Assembly (NCBI RefSeq): GCF_036971445.1 | Contig: NC_091475.1 | Span: 54,126,001 to 54,190,000, forward strand | Source of the DNA: Narcine bancroftii | Taxonomy: Eukaryota | Reading direction: 5' to 3' | Length of the DNA stretch: 64,000 nucleotides | Part shown: one piece after another, positions 13,018 through 26,228 of the stretch | Layout of the letters: each line of letters begins with the position of its first letter | Numbering within the stretch: position 1 is the stretch's first letter | Translations under genes and position numbers: made by a program | The notes under the pieces: model-generated | Databases searched by the model: none | What the model saw: only the letters and a program-made list of their open reading frames with translations | What the model was told of the DNA's origin: nothing

Positions 13018-13640
13018 GAACATAGAACAATAGAAAGTCGATGCAAGGAGAACGTCAATCCGACCTTGGAGCCTGCTGCACCATACAATATGACCGTGGC
13101 TAATCATATGACCTCAAGACCCTATTCCTACTTTCTCTCCATTACCCCTTGATCCCTTTGGTTAGTCGGGCCACATCCAACTCCCTTATGTATATACCTA
13201 ACAAACTGGACACAACAACTATCTGTGGCAGAGAGTTCCACAAGTTTACAACTCCCTGAGTAAAGCAGTTTCTCCTCCTCTCAGTGCAAAATGGCTCCCC
13301 CCTGATCCTTTTACTGTAACCTCTTTTTATGGTCTTCTCCAACATTGGGAACATTTTTCCTGCATCTAACCTGTCTAGTCTTGTCAGAATTGTATATTTC
13401 TCCATGAGATCCCCTCTAATTCTTCAAAGTTCCAAAGGGCAGAATCCAAGTGTATCTAGTCCTTCTTCACACATCAGTCTTGCCATAGCAAAAAATAATC
13501 TGTTGCATTTCCTCATTCGCAAGAATATCCTTCCTCAGATGAGGAGATCAAAACAATCCAGGTGCTGTACAACTGCACCAACACACACCTGTTTCCATAC
13601 TGTCACCTCTCTCTTTCAAAGCCAATATTTTGCTTTCTTC
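13018..13640 (-). mobile_element. CR1 LINE 3' end
   Basis: ORF 13142-13405 FTQGVVNLWNSLP motif; TTCTATG-type tail at left end. Confidence 0.85.
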
Positions 13641-13788
13641 ACCTCATGCTGTTCACAGTGAAGATACACAGCATCCTGGCACAAGCAAGGTAAACGACTC
13701 CCTGTGTGATGCCTTAACTGAGTGTACGATTTCAGCTTATCTAAAGTCTTAAACATAATTTGGACCAGATAAAATTGCAATGTGCACT

Positions 13789-14141
13789 ATTTTCAAGTGG
13801 TGGCCAAAACACCCCAATGTAAAGCTGCATATTCTACCCCTATGCGGCTGTTGGGAGACCACCTGAAAGTGGAGAACTCGGCCAGGAGGAGCACTTACCT
13901 AATCCTCCTCCTGTAGGTATAATCTCCGACTCTGAGAATCCCCCGTTGCACCTGAAAGCAGCAGCGGGACTACGGCCACAGTCCACAGGAGACGGCGTTC
14001 GCTCGGACGCGGCTCTCCTCCAGCTGGCATGTTTAGGTGACAGAAAGGTGTCTTCTCCGCGGCCACCTGAACGTCCCAGCTGCACTCCCCCAGCTGCATC
14101 GGCCGACGCATTATCTGCGTCCGAGCACTTGTAAGCGACTT
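13789..14141. mobile_element. possible non-autonomous DNA transposon (GC-rich, repeated CACCTGAAAG motif)
   Basis: CACCTGAAAG-like motif at ~13860, 13949, 14065 and 14127, inverted copy near 13790; TIR and TSD not resolved. Confidence 0.3.
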
Positions 14142-14179
14142 ATGACTGTGATCATGAGTGGAAGTTAAGGCATTGGTGT

Positions 14180-15432
14180 TCAAGTTCTAGTTTATTAATC
14201 ACTGTACCAGCTCAAACAGCATTCTCTAGTCCTCGGTACAACACACTGCAAACACACACACACACAAACACACAATACATATGCACAGTATGTAAATGAA
14301 AATATTAGAATAAATAAATATTATATTCTATTAAATACCTGAGTCACGTAGGGTTTGTATGAGCAGCTCATCAGATATTCAGCATTCTCACTGCTCGTGG
14401 GGAGAAGTTATTTCTCAGCCTGGTGGTCTGGCTCTGGTACTCCTGCATCTGTTTTCTGAAAGGAGAAGCTAGAAGATGTTGTGTGCAGTGTGGTAAGGAT
14501 CCTCATGGATTTTGTGAGCCCCCTTTAGACAACGATCCCAGTAAATCCCATTGATGATGAGGAGAGGGACTCCAGTGATTCTCTCTGCAGCTCTTTTGGT
14601 CCTGTGGATGGATGTTCTACAATAACTGTACCACACTGTGATGCAGCTGTCCAGGAGGTTCTCGATAGCGTTCCTGTAGAAAGTTGACAGGATTGTGGCT
14701 GGAAGCCCTGCCTGCCTCAGTTTTCTCAGGGAGTGCAGTTGCTGCTGTGCATTCCTGATAAGTAAGGAGATGTTGTGTGTTCACTTCTTCAGTGGACTCT
14801 GAGGAACTTGATGCTCTCCACTCTCCCCATGATTAACGTGTAGTAGAGGGTTGTCGTTCTTGGTCCTCCTGAAATCCACAATCATCTCCTTCTTGTCCAT
14901 ATGGAGACTCAGATTGTTATTCTTGCAACATTTCATAAGATTTTCCACCTCTTCTCTGTAGTAAGACTCACGGATGTTGCTGATGAAGCCATCTGCAAAC
15001 GATGACCCTGTGGGAGCTGGATCTGGCGTTGCAGTCATGGGTCAGTGATGTGAACAGGAGCAGGCTGAACACACAGCCTTGAGGTGCTCCAGTGCTCAGT
15101 GTGATGGTACGTCACATTCTGCTGCCAACCAGGACAGACTTTGATCCTTCAGTTCGGAAGTCCGGAATCCAGGGGTGTAGAGTCCCAGCGAGGACAAGCC
15201 TCTGGGGTATGAGCTGAAGCCAATGAACAGCAGTCTGGCATGTGTGGTATCATTCTCCAGGTGAAACAGGATGGAGTGGAGGAACAAGTTTACAGCATCA
15301 TAAGTGGAACTGTCCCATCTGTAGGTGAACTGAAAAGGGTTCAGTGTCTCGGGAAGGTTTGGCTTTGGATGCATTCCATCAGCAGATGCTCAAAGCATTT
15401 CACAAAGGTGGAGGTCAGTGCCACTGGACGGT
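14180..15432 (-). mobile_element. Rex1/Babar-type LINE, decayed
   Basis: LNPFQFTYR, HLENDTTHARLLFIGFSS, FADG..ESYYREEVENL..NNLSL fragments. Confidence 0.85.
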
Positions 15433-15599
15433 CCTACACAATAAATAATGGTTGGGGTATTCACCATTGTATAGTGCTGAAGTGGCCGTTGCAACCTCAT
15501 GCACCACCATTTCTTTTCATCCATGCTGCTGAGAAACTACAAAGTGTGGAAGTCCTGATGTATTCAGGTTCCATCCCATATTCTCAGGTGGGTACCCCG

Positions 15600-16125
15600 C
15601 AAATGATGAGATGCCGTATAGCAAGGAGATGAAGGAGCTGGTTGTTGACCTCAGGAAACAGGGTGGAACGCAAAGACCTGTCTGCATTGGTGGTACTGAG
15701 GTGGACATTCCGGAGAGTTTTAAGTTTTGTGGATGTCAATATCACTTGCAATTTGTCCTGGTCCAAACACAATGACACTGTAGCCAAGGAAACACACCAT
15801 CACCTCCACTTCCTCAGAAACCCAATGAAATGTAGCAGATTCTCTTTGCACCAGAGAAACTAACCTGCCTGGCTGCATCACAGCCTGGAATTGTCACTGC
15901 TTTTCCCACAAAACACCAGAAATCACAGAGAAATGTGAACACAGCTCAGACAATCCTGCATGACCAACCTCCCCTGCATCTGTACTCCCAGTCTCTCTGG
16001 AAAGCCACTAATATTGTGCACTGAATGACTCTTCCCGCCCTGGTCATGTGCCTTCCTTCCCCTCCTGTTGGGCAGGAGCTATGAACAGACCTCCAGATTC
16101 AAGGACAGCACTGATGTCAAACTTT
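15600..16125 (+). mobile_element. Rex1-type LINE fragment
   Basis: KELVVDLRK and NLSWSKH..VAKETHHHLHFLR fragments. Confidence 0.7.
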
Positions 16126-16261
16126 TGATCAGATCCATCTTGTGAAAGAGATCTCCTAATTTCACAAAGATGACCACAGAATGGTCTTTGAACTTTTTTT
16201 AAAACTGTAACTATTGCACTTGTTTTTGTCATTTTTTAAAACAGAACCTATTAAACTGCAG

Positions 16262-16786
16262 CATTCATTGGAGCGACTTCATCACCAACATCGAAGTACT
16301 CGAGATGGCAGAGGCCGACAGCATCGAATCCACGCTGCTGAAGATCCAACTGCGCTGGGTAGGTCAAGTCTCCAGAATGGAGGACCATCACCTTCCCAAG
16401 ATCGTGTTATATGGTGAGCTCTCCACTGGCCACCGAGACAGAGGTGCACCAAAGAAGAGGTACAAGGACTACCTAAAGAAATCTCTTGGTGCCTGCCACA
16501 TTGACCACCGCCAGTGGGCTGATATCGCCTCAAACCGTGCATCTTGGGCACCTCACAGTTCGGCGGGAAGCAACCTCCTTTGAAGAAGACCGCAGAGCCC
16601 ACCTCACTGACAAAAGACAAAGGAGGAAAACCCAACACCCAACTCCAACCCACCAATTTTCCCTTGCGACCGCTGCAACCGTGGCTGCCTGTCCTGCATC
16701 GGACTTGTCAGTCACAAACGACCTGCAGCTGACATGGACATTACCCTTCCATAAATCTTCGTCTGCGAAGCCAAGCCAAAGAAAGA
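16262..16786 (+). mobile_element. RTE-clade LINE, 5'-truncated
   Basis: LLKIQLRWVG..SRMEDHHLPKIVLYGEL; same family as 56359-57117. Confidence 0.92.
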
Positions 16787-17479
16787 ATATATGCTTTATC
16801 TCCCACGGATGCTGCAAGGCCGTCTGAGTTCCTCCAAGTAATATGTAGATTGTATAGCATATCTGACAATGAATTATCATCACCAATTATTGTCATCTGA
16901 CATTAAAGACTTCAAACCATAACCATATAACCGTTTACAGCACAGAAACAGGCCATGTCGGCCCTTCAAGTCCGTACCGGTTCACTTGAACAACTCCACT
17001 AGCTCCTCCGCAAACTCCTGAGGAAGTAGAGGCTTTCTTCATGATGCCATTCATGTGATCTAATTTTCCACACTCCTCTCCCATATAAGTGTGTGTCAAA
17101 TGCCTTACTAAAGTTCATGTAGACAATCTATTTGCATTATCTATGCACGATGGTTTAGTATAAATGGTTCAAAGGGCATTATCTTCTCATCTTGCAATCT
17201 GCTTTGTCCATTGTCAGAATCTTCACACTAGAACTGACCTCCATAAAGATGACTAAACATACCAAAAACACTTAAAAAATGTTTTTAAGCTGAGAAATGT
17301 TCAGGATGGAGGAATTTTTGGCACTTTATCATTGCAACGTTTCTTCATTTCAGCCTCTGTGGATTCTTGTGAGTCTCCAGTACATAAAGCAACAAACACT
17401 GTGGGAAATCAAACTGTTTGATGGGCATGTTCATTCTGGACACAGTTACTTGGGCAAAGGATGAGAGACACAGGGAGAA

Positions 17480-17870
17480 ACATGGAAGTCTGCAGACGCT
17501 GGGATGAAGGTCAAATCACAGAAATGTTGGAGAAATTAAGCCGGTCTCACAGAGTCCATGGGAGGTGCCGAGAGTTTCGGGCCTGAGCCCTTCCTCCTTT
17601 CACAGAGCCCAAAATCAATTCTCTCAATTCTCACTTTTCTTCTCTCCTGTCCTCTCATCATATCTATTGACACCTTTTGTTTGTTGATCTGTACATGCCC
17701 CCCACCCCCCATAATTTGTACCCTTTATTTCTCCAGCCTTAAACACAGACACCAGTCATTTTCTTGCTCATACCATGAGAAAGGGCTCATGCATGAAATG
17801 TTGGTAATATATCTTTATCTCCCATGGATGCTGCAAGGCCGTCTGAGTTCCTCCAGCATTTCTGTGTTAG
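17480..17870. mobile_element. Penelope-derived element with inverted pseudo-LTR arms
   Basis: minus arm with GAAGGGCTCAGGCCCGAAAC (~17574-17593); plus arm AAAGGGCTCATGCATGAAAT...GAGTTCCTCCAGCATTTCTGTG. Confidence 0.7.
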
Positions 17871-17949
17871 GAAACATGGAGAGGAAGGTGGAGGGAGAGA
17901 GAAATGATTGGGTTTGGGTGGGGAGTTGGAGAGAAAATGAAGAATGCGT

Positions 17950-18705
17950 ATACTATATACGCTAGAGTAATAGTCGCATTTTGGGGGGGGGACACAAACT
18001 TTTACACGGATACCACATTTAACCATAGTAGGTACGCGCACCGTTCAAGGCATTGGTGCTTTGATGGCTGGGGCCAAGTGGTACATTCGCAGTTGGGGCA
18101 TCGGGCCGAGTCGGCATCAGAATAGATCAAATCAGAGGGGGGCATTGTGGCTACCACGATGGATGGTGGCATTTGAGAACTTGATCATGGGGGAGGGTGG
18201 GGGGTGGAGTGGGTCCAATACCTGTCATGGACCTGCTCCATCCATCATGCCATCATACTTCATCCTTCCTCCAACATTTCAGACAAATGCGTGTACTTAA
18301 AGCTGGTGGAGATGAAACCACATGATTCATTTTGGTAACACCCTCTCTGATGGCATCACCTGGCCACAACCCCCAGTGATGCTAATACTGTGGGTGGATG
18401 GGAGGGGGAACACTCATTTGGGGAAGGGGCATGCTCTGCAGATGGCCCTCCCATGATGATGTCGAGCCTGGTGCTGGAAACTCCAGTGGGCTGGTTCTGA
18501 GGTGAGGACCAGCATTCGGGGTGTTAAGAGCTCAGATGGGTGGGCATTAGGGGTGAGGATGTGTGGTTGGGGTGTCGGGAGCTCGGGTGCACAGGCACTG
18601 GGGCAAGGATGCATGGTTATGTCTGCATTAGCTCAGATGGGTGGGTGGTTGGGGTCGAAAATATGGGAGGTCAACTTTTACAAGGGATCAACTATTACAC
18701 ATGGT
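17950..18705. mobile_element. possible Tc1/mariner-pogo-type MITE
   Basis: left TACTATATACGCTAGAGTAATAGTCG, inverted right CAACTATTACAC; right end next to an LTR insertion. Confidence 0.4.
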
Positions 18706-18720
18706 AGGTCAAGAAGATAG

Positions 18721-19029
18721 TGTGACAGAGTATATAGATACGTTTTTGGGAGATAAATTTGGAAAGGTTTGTTAGAGTAGGTCACAAACAAACACTTTAA
18801 AACAGATCTTATTTAAAATACTGGAGCTCTGCTAATGCGAGACATATCGGGGCCTCAGAGCCTTTGCAAAAGCTTTGGAGTATGCCCAAGAGACTTCACT
18901 AATGGATTGTTGTTTATAAAAAAGTAACAGAAGAAAAGCTTGTCAGAGCCGCTGACAGTCTGAAAGGGAACTTGCTGTTCTAAGAGGGTCATGTGGTTTT
19001 GCAAGCAGAGAGAGTTAAACAGGCTTTCT

Positions 19030-19088
<59 letters not shown>

Positions 19089-19737
19089 TTGAGTTCTACA
19101 GTGTTACAGCCAGCAACAGCAGCTGGCAAGCTTGTGGAAAACCCCATTTGGAAGATGGGTTCTTATTTCAACCTGGTCAAAGCCCTTGTGGTTTATTCAA
19201 GAGGAGAGGACTGGCTGTCTAATGTCTCACTTGAAATAAGAAAAACAAGAAGGATCTCTGTGGTGACCTGAAAGAAGAAAGTTATCATCTGGAGAACCCT
19301 GAGGGGTCAAGTTTAATCAGCAAGACACTGAAGTGGCTGATTAAAAAGGAACAACAAATCTTTCTCTGAAAACTGACAAGAACCTTCTTGGGCAGTAACC
19401 ATTTACCTTTCAAGCACCAACACCTGGTGAACTTTATAAATGTTAAATTCTGTGCATAGTATAAGAATTGCTTGCAACCAGTGAACATGGAGGAATGAGA
19501 AGTGAGACTGGACTGTGAACCAAAGAACTTTTCTGAACTTACACACACATTAAGTACACGTGAACTTAGAATTAGAATTAGAATTAGAAGGGGGTTAAGT
19601 AATTTAATAGTGATAAGTTAAAGTTTGATTCTATTTTCATGTTTAAAGATAATTAAAAGCAACTTTTGTTTAAGTATCCATTTGTCTTGGTGAATTTCTA
19701 TTGCTGCTGGGTTTTGGGTTTCTCTGAGCTCGTAACA
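18721..19737 (+). mobile_element. solo LTR (1017 bp)
   Basis: TGTGAC...GTAACA termini; 4-bp TSD ATAG at 18717-18720 and 19738-19741. Confidence 0.85.
19032..19085. repeat. (GA)n microsatellite inside the LTR
   Basis: direct observation. Confidence 0.98.
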
Positions 19738-21302
19738 ATAGAAACAGTGGAAGCTTAAAGAAGTGGGGCTTATGTAAAATTAGAAAATAGATGTTCATGC
19801 TATGAGGTTTAAGGCTGTCCATATGACAAGCTGACGTTTGGCCTTATCCTGACAGTGGATGAGGACAGGTATAGCTGTTCAGGAATGATTGTGAGAATTG
19901 AAATGTTGCCAAAAAGTAGGTCAAGCCAAGACCTACAGAGTGCAGATACTAATGGATTACACTTCTTTTCAAAATAAATTGTTCATTTTAAATTATTTAA
20001 TGCTTCTGCAGAGAAAGAAAAAAAATAGTGATTTGGTTTTCATGCATTATTATTCCATGAGTTAAAGTTCAATCTTTTTGCTCATTCAAACTGTCTTATT
20101 CAGTGTTTACCACAAAGAAAAAAACTGGATTTTATGTGAAAGGGAAGGATTTTATTTTGGAGAAATGTTTTGTTGCCTGGTAACTGAGTGCCATATTCGC
20201 CACATTTATTTCCATACCGATCACATGGAAGAACAATACCAAAATCGCTGAAAGCAAACACTTGCTTGGTGACGAGACAGCCCCAACCACCTTCTCTCAC
20301 TCACTCCACCCTCACACATCCTCCAAAGAGGTTGCATTTTGTTCAACATCATTTCCCTTCGACCATTGCCTTGAATGGCTGAAAATGTTGATATTGTGTG
20401 ATTTTGGAAGAAAATATATTTTTTCCTCTCACACTGTTGCAGGTAGTTTGAGATGAAAAACGAGGATAAAGGCTTGGTTAAAACCAAGCCCCGTACCTCT
20501 CAGGACAGAAAGTTTTGGACGACATCATGTGGAGGTTGAGTTTTTATAACGGCTGAAAATGTTGCTGGATTCAATGTCACCAGCGGGGGCTGCTGCCCAG
20601 CTTTGGATCCCCTGAAATGCAAGGCTTGTTGGTGCACAGAGGCTGTCAGAGTGAATTTTATTTCAGCTGAATTTAACACACCACAAGCCTATACCTTTCT
20701 CCCACAGTCCAAGATGATCTGACAGCATAAATATGGAAGCTTTTAGTGTGATGAAATGGAAAACGCTGCCCTGTACATTATCAAGAAAATGATGCAATAA
20801 TATTCAATTGAAACAGTGTTCATTTAAAGCCTTTAGAGCACCAAACACTTTTGCAACATTTAAGACTACTAACCAATCTTTATTGACCATAATATAGGAG
20901 AAATTTATTTTGAATCTGAAGATAATGATGCTGCATCTGACATTGTGAGTGGAGAGTTGGGAAAATACATTCATGAGTTTGACAGTGGTGAGAAAAAGGC
21001 TCGTAGCGCCACATCTACAATCGCGAGGCTCACCTACACAGCGAGCAAACTGGCCCTGGCAGTCGCAGACAGGAAAGCAACCAATGGCATCCAGTGGGGT
21101 TGTGGATGCGGGGTGAGCCTCGCGGGGGAAGGCCGAGTCACTTCTGCCCTGCTGGACGCAGTGGTTAAAGGGAGAGGGCGCAAGTGTTTGAATCTTTTTG
21201 AGTAAAAGAGTTCACACTGAGACATCACTGGACTCAGCTCACACTTCTCACTCAACACAGCCAACCTCCATTGCTCGTTGTGGCAAACCATCATAGCCTA
21301 TC

Positions 21303-21740
21303 ATTTTTTTTGATTGACTTTATTTTGATTTTCATGGACCCGCAAAGTTCAAACAGTATAATCTTCCAACAATCATACAACATACAGAATCTGTGTTTAT
21401 CCTCCCCCCCCACCTCCTCCCCATTCCCCCACTCCCTTACCCTACTGAATAAAACAGTCCATTAAATCACATAAATGCAAATTACGGTGGGGTCATAGAC
21501 CGTAACAGAACTTGGGGACAAAAAACATAAAAACTAAACTAAAAAGCACATTGCCTGCACCACATCCCATTTTCTTGGTCACTTTCGTTTCCCTGCTGGG
21601 ATGGATTGCTATCGTAGCCCTATTTCAAAGTGGGTGGGGGGGCAAACTAATTAATCTCTGTGCCAATATATTTCAAGTGAGGTTTCCACACCCTAATGAA
21701 TGTGTTGTGTTCCTTCCTGAGATTGTATGTGATTTGAAAA
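21303..21740 (-). mobile_element. L1/Tx1 3' remnant
   Basis: minus strand ITYNLRKEHNTFIRVWKPHLKYI; T-run tail at left. Confidence 0.75.
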
Positions 21741-21984
21741 ATGCCATCATTCAAAGAAATAATGCATAAATTACTGAAAAATGTCCTCCTCCAAATCACA
21801 AAGGTCTCAGCAGGAAACGTGGCCCATCAGTGGCTGAGAAGCATCATCAAAAACAGTTTTAAATTGATGGAAGATGCACACATAACTGCCATTATTAACA
21901 ACAGCTCTCGGAACTCTAGAACTCAGGAGAGGATCAAGAAACTGACACAGAAAGGCAAGAGAGAATAGGACAGTAAATTGGCAC

Positions 21985-22820
21985 TTGGAGTATTGTGCTC
22001 AGTACAGGAAGAATGTAGATCAGTGATTTGCAACCTTTTTCTTTCCACTCACATCCCACTTTAAGTAATCCCTATGCCATCAGTGCTCTGTGATTGTTAA
22101 GGGATTGTTTAAGGTGGTATGTGAGTGGGAAGGGAAGGTTAAGAATTACTCGTCTAGACCCAATTGTTACTGAAATATTTTGCTAGAGAAAAATGGTCAT
22201 TGGCCCATTTCCATTGGAGTTATGAAACTGTGCACATAATGAGTCAATGAGGTACGATTAAAACAGTGGTGTTCAAACTTTTTCTTCCCACCCACATATC
22301 ACCTTAATCAATCCTATGGCATAGGGATTGCTTAAAGTGGTATGTGAGTGAAAGAAAAAGGTTGAGAACCACTGATGTAGATACTTTGGAGAGGATGCAG
22401 AGGAGATTTACCAGGATGTTGCACCAAGTGGAGAACATACCCCTTTTGAAGCAAGGTTCATAGTGCTACGGCTCTTTTCTTTGGAACAATGAAAACCTGA
22501 GGTGACGTAATAGAGATATATAAGAATATAAGGGGCTCAGATAAGGTGGACAGTCAACATGTTGTTCCTGGGGCGATATTGATTTAGCGTGAGTGGAGGA
22601 AAATTTTGGGGAAATGTCAGAGACACGATTTTTACTCAGAGTATGGTGAAGGCTGGTACAATTAGAATATTCAGAAGACTTAAATAGGCACATGGATGTA
22701 AGAAAAATAGAGGGCTAAGGGTGTGATATTAAAAAATAAATTGTTGTGGATTTCCATCAGTCGGCACAACATCGTGGGGTGAAGGGCCTGTACGGTGGTC
22801 TAATGTTCTATATTCTATGT
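21985..22820 (+). mobile_element. CR1 3' remnant interrupted by a MITE
   Basis: LERMQRRFTRML motif; tail TTCTATATTCTATG. Confidence 0.8.
22021..22374. mobile_element. hAT (Charlie/Buster-type) composite MITE
   Basis: TIRs CAGTG...CACTG; perfect 8-bp TSD ATGTAGAT at 22013-22020 and 22375-22382; two internal hairpin subunits. Confidence 0.92.
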
Positions 22821-23309
22821 CCTAAATGTAAAAGTGCAATGTCATAGCTTCTATAAACATGTACAAAACAGGCAAGACAAACATGAGTCCCCACAGATAG
22901 AGATGAGATCATTTATATAGGCAATATAGAAAGAGGAGAGGTTTAATATCAATAATTTCTTCATGGGTGAAGATACTGAAACTGACAAAAATATCAGCAA
23001 GCTAATGTTTAACATGAGTAAGGAACTAAAGGAAATAAACCATGGTAACAAGGTTGTGTGAGAAAGGTGGATGAGACTGAAGGCTATTAAATTCCAAGAA
23101 CCCATGATGTATTTTCTTTAATGTGGTGGTTATTGAGCACATGAAAGATCTATTATCACCTTCCAACTTTTGCCAGACTCATGTATTCTTCTTGTGGATT
23201 TCAAGGTGGCAATTCCATTTCACTCCACTCCAATATTTATCAACGACGGAAAGAAAAACAAGAGGGAAATACAGACCTCTTTGGCAGCATGTGCCGCAAA
23301 AGTACTGAA

Positions 23310-23750
23310 ATCCAAAATGACGGACTGAGCCACATCGTCCCCTCCCCACACCTATCTGCTTCTTGCAGAGACCATTCTCCCCATAACTCTCTCCACCCTC
23401 TCAGCACCCCCTGCTGCAATTTTACATCGCACCTCAGCTCTCACTTCCTTCCAGAAAGAGGCTTCCCAAGTGAGGCAGAGTTTCATATTCACCTCCTCCA
23501 ACACCTTGAGTGCACTTGCAGGCTCTTGAAGTGACTACCTCCACATCTGTGAGGCCAAGTGCAGATCGGGTGGCCACGTGGTTGAGTATCCACGTTCTGA
23601 CCTCAATGTGGCTGGTCTGCATTGGAGAAACCAACCGCTGAATGGATTATTGTTTAACGTTTCATCCCCAAGTGGAATCCTGAGCTTTCTGTCCATGGCT
23701 CCTCCACTGCAACAGTCCAGTCCAACATCAACTGCAAGATCAGGTCCTTA
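23310..23750 (+). mobile_element. Penelope-like GIY-YIG region, decayed
   Basis: degenerate YIGETKR-like coding (CTGCATTGGAGAAACCAACCGC). Confidence 0.55.
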
Positions 23751-23759
23751 AATTCCTTC

Positions 23760-24190
23760 TCAAGTTCAAGTTCATTTTCATCTGCAGGCATATGCACAAC
23801 CCGACAAAACAGCATCTTTATGGACAACGTTGCACACACAAAAATGCACAAAACACAGTACTTAATGATCACAGAAATAATCACAATAAATATTTTGGGA
23901 TGATTGACTTGGTTATGGCATACTGTTCATCAGTCTCTCAGCCTCTGGGAAGAAGCTGTTCTCCTGCCTGGCAGTTCTGATTTTGATGCCCCTGTAGTGA
24001 CTTCTTGATGGCAGTGGGTTAAAGATACCATGTGCTGGATGGAAAGGGTTGTCTATAATTCCTTGAGCCCTATTTAGGCAATATTTCCAGTGATCTTCTT
24101 AGCTGCTTTAACGATCCTCTGCGCAAAAACATCCGGTCTGATGCTATGCAGCTACCATACCACAAAATGATGCACCCAGGCAGGACACAC
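23760..24190 (-). mobile_element. Rex1-type LINE 3' end
   Basis: CAAGTTCAAGTT tail and similarity to 27625-28550. Confidence 0.7.
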
Positions 24191-24194
24191 TCAA

Positions 24195-24655
24195 TTATAT
24201 CACCTCGGCTCTGTCAGCCTCAATAGGGTGGATCTCCCAGTGGCCACCCATTTCAATTTTCCAGACTGACACTACCCGTAAATTGGAGGAACAACACCTC
24301 ATCTTCCGACTAGGCACCCTCCAACCGGATGGCATTAATATCGACTTCTCCGACTTTTGTTCAATTTCCCAACCCACTTGCTTCCCCATTGTCTCTCCAT
24401 TCCCTGTCCCCTTTCGCACAGACATGATAAATTCCACCTTAGCACCTTTTGTTGGTCTGGATTCCTCCCCATTATTTGAATTCTGAGACTTTCTGATATA
24501 TCCTGCTTCTCCCTTCTCTGATTTTTCCTTAAAGAAGGGCTCAGGCCCGAAATGTCAGCAGTATATATTTGTCAAAAATATCCTATAGAGACTGAATAAA
24601 CCAGCTGAGTTCCTCCAGTATTTTGGTGTTTTTACTACAGTCACAATGTCATGTT
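24195..24655 (+). mobile_element. Penelope-like element 3' end (GIY-YIG C-terminus plus pseudo-LTR)
   Basis: RKLEEQHLIFRLGTLQPDGINIDF; hammerhead-like TTAAAGA-AGGGCTCAGGCCC-GAAA at ~24529-24552. Confidence 0.85.
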
Positions 24656-25099
24656 TCTCTCATTTGTGCTCCTGTAAAAGGGTTTGCAATCTTCTGCAAT
24701 GAACACTGAAGTTTCCAACTTCAGGAAAACTCTTCTCCCAATCATGCTTGTGTCTCTTTTCCTTGAAATGGTCAATACTCATGATCCTGATCTCTTGCTT
24801 CGGTGTTAACCAATCTTCAGTGCTGCAACTTACTCCTTGCCCAACTCTGCTTTGAAAACTGCAATCCCTCCATTCTTGTCCCAATTCCAAGGAAGGATTA
24901 CAGACCTGACTTGGTGACTAGCTTCTCTTCTTACAGATGCTGCTTGACTGGCTTCCAGCAGTTCTATTTCTGTGGTTGCATCATACCTGAGTGGAAACGC
25001 ATCTGGAATGTTGCGCCAGGTTTCGGTCAACTTTACTAAAAAAGGGATATTCTTGCTCAAATGTTATTGCAGTTAAAAACAAAATTGCTGCACAGGTTT

Positions 25100-25440
25100 T
25101 GGGGATGGCTTTAAGAGGAGTTGAACAAATGAGATTGAAAGCAGATCTCACTGAAATGAGATTTGTTGACAGGAGTGCACAGGGAAGATCGTTCCTCATG
25201 CTGAGAAAGTCGGAAGCAGGGGTCACAGTCTCAGAAGAGGCTGCTTGGTCTGGAATGAGGAAAGGCTGGTGAGCCTTTGGAGTTCTCAATCCCAGAGGGC
25301 TGTGGAGACTCAGTCCTCAAGTTCAAACAGAGATGGATAATTTCTTGAACATTGAGGAAATCAAGAAACACAAAGTTTAAGCAGGAAAATGGCACTGAGG
25401 GAGAAGATCAGACTTGTTTTAGATGAATGAAGGAGCACAC
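25100..25440 (+). mobile_element. CR1 3' remnant
   Basis: RLKADLTE and TGGAGTTCTC..CCCAGAGGGCTGTGGAG segments. Confidence 0.65.
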
Positions 25441-25679
25441 TGATGTTTGAAGTTTTGGTATTATTAATTCCACCAACCCCCAACCTGCTGCTTCAATCAA
25501 CAGAATCTGCGTTCCTGTTATCCTAAACCTCCCCTTGACTGCTCTCTGTGGCTATTTTGTTCTCCAAGGTTATGACGGACTTTCAGAAGAGGCAAAAATG
25601 AAGATGTTCATGTAAAGAAACACACAGGAAAATAATAGTCAGTGATTCAGTGATTCTTAAAAAATGTATTGTCGTCAGA

Positions 25680-26228
25680 TCAATTCCCTTGATAACTATT
25701 GGGTGCCAAGCAATAAAAGTTGCTTTCATTCATCGTAAAATAATAGAAGTGATCGAAAATGGTGTGTTGATAAGATGTGGGCCCCATTCTTGGATTATTA
25801 TCACAACTTGAAGATTTAAGGTGTATGGATGCTCCAGAGACTCCCTGTCTGGTATCTAAAGTCGTTATTCGATTCATATCGATATAACCTTATTTAGAGG
25901 GAGAAATTGGATTATTAGGGTTTTTTTCTTCTTTCCTTTTTTTTCTTTTATTAGTAGAGATAAACTAGGTAAAGATGGAGTTAATAAAATGAAAATACCT
26001 AGGAAGTATAAAAACCCATTTTTTAATATATATCTTTTTATATGCATCTTAATATTTTCTATTCAACATTAATTCTTTGAGGAATGGATTAACTGTTAAC
26101 TCAATATAATTGTAGAATTTGATGTTTTGAACGGGTTAGGTTAAATAAATAATTATGGTTACACTTTTGATCAATAATTTTTGTGTGTTATATATATGAT
26201 ATGATTTGATTTATGTTTAAAAAGAAAA
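25680..26228 (+). mobile_element. L1/Tx1 3' remnant
   Basis: DKMWAPFLDYY motif then AT-rich UTR and A tail. Confidence 0.6.

Noticed and set aside
13899-13951. Minus-strand 53-nt exon with a strong GTAAGT donor
   Set aside because: The acceptor is part of a repeated CTTTCAGGTG motif in a probable MITE, and no peptide is recognisable.
18993-19271. ORF with poly-(ER)
   Set aside because: Translation of a (GA)n microsatellite inside a solo LTR.
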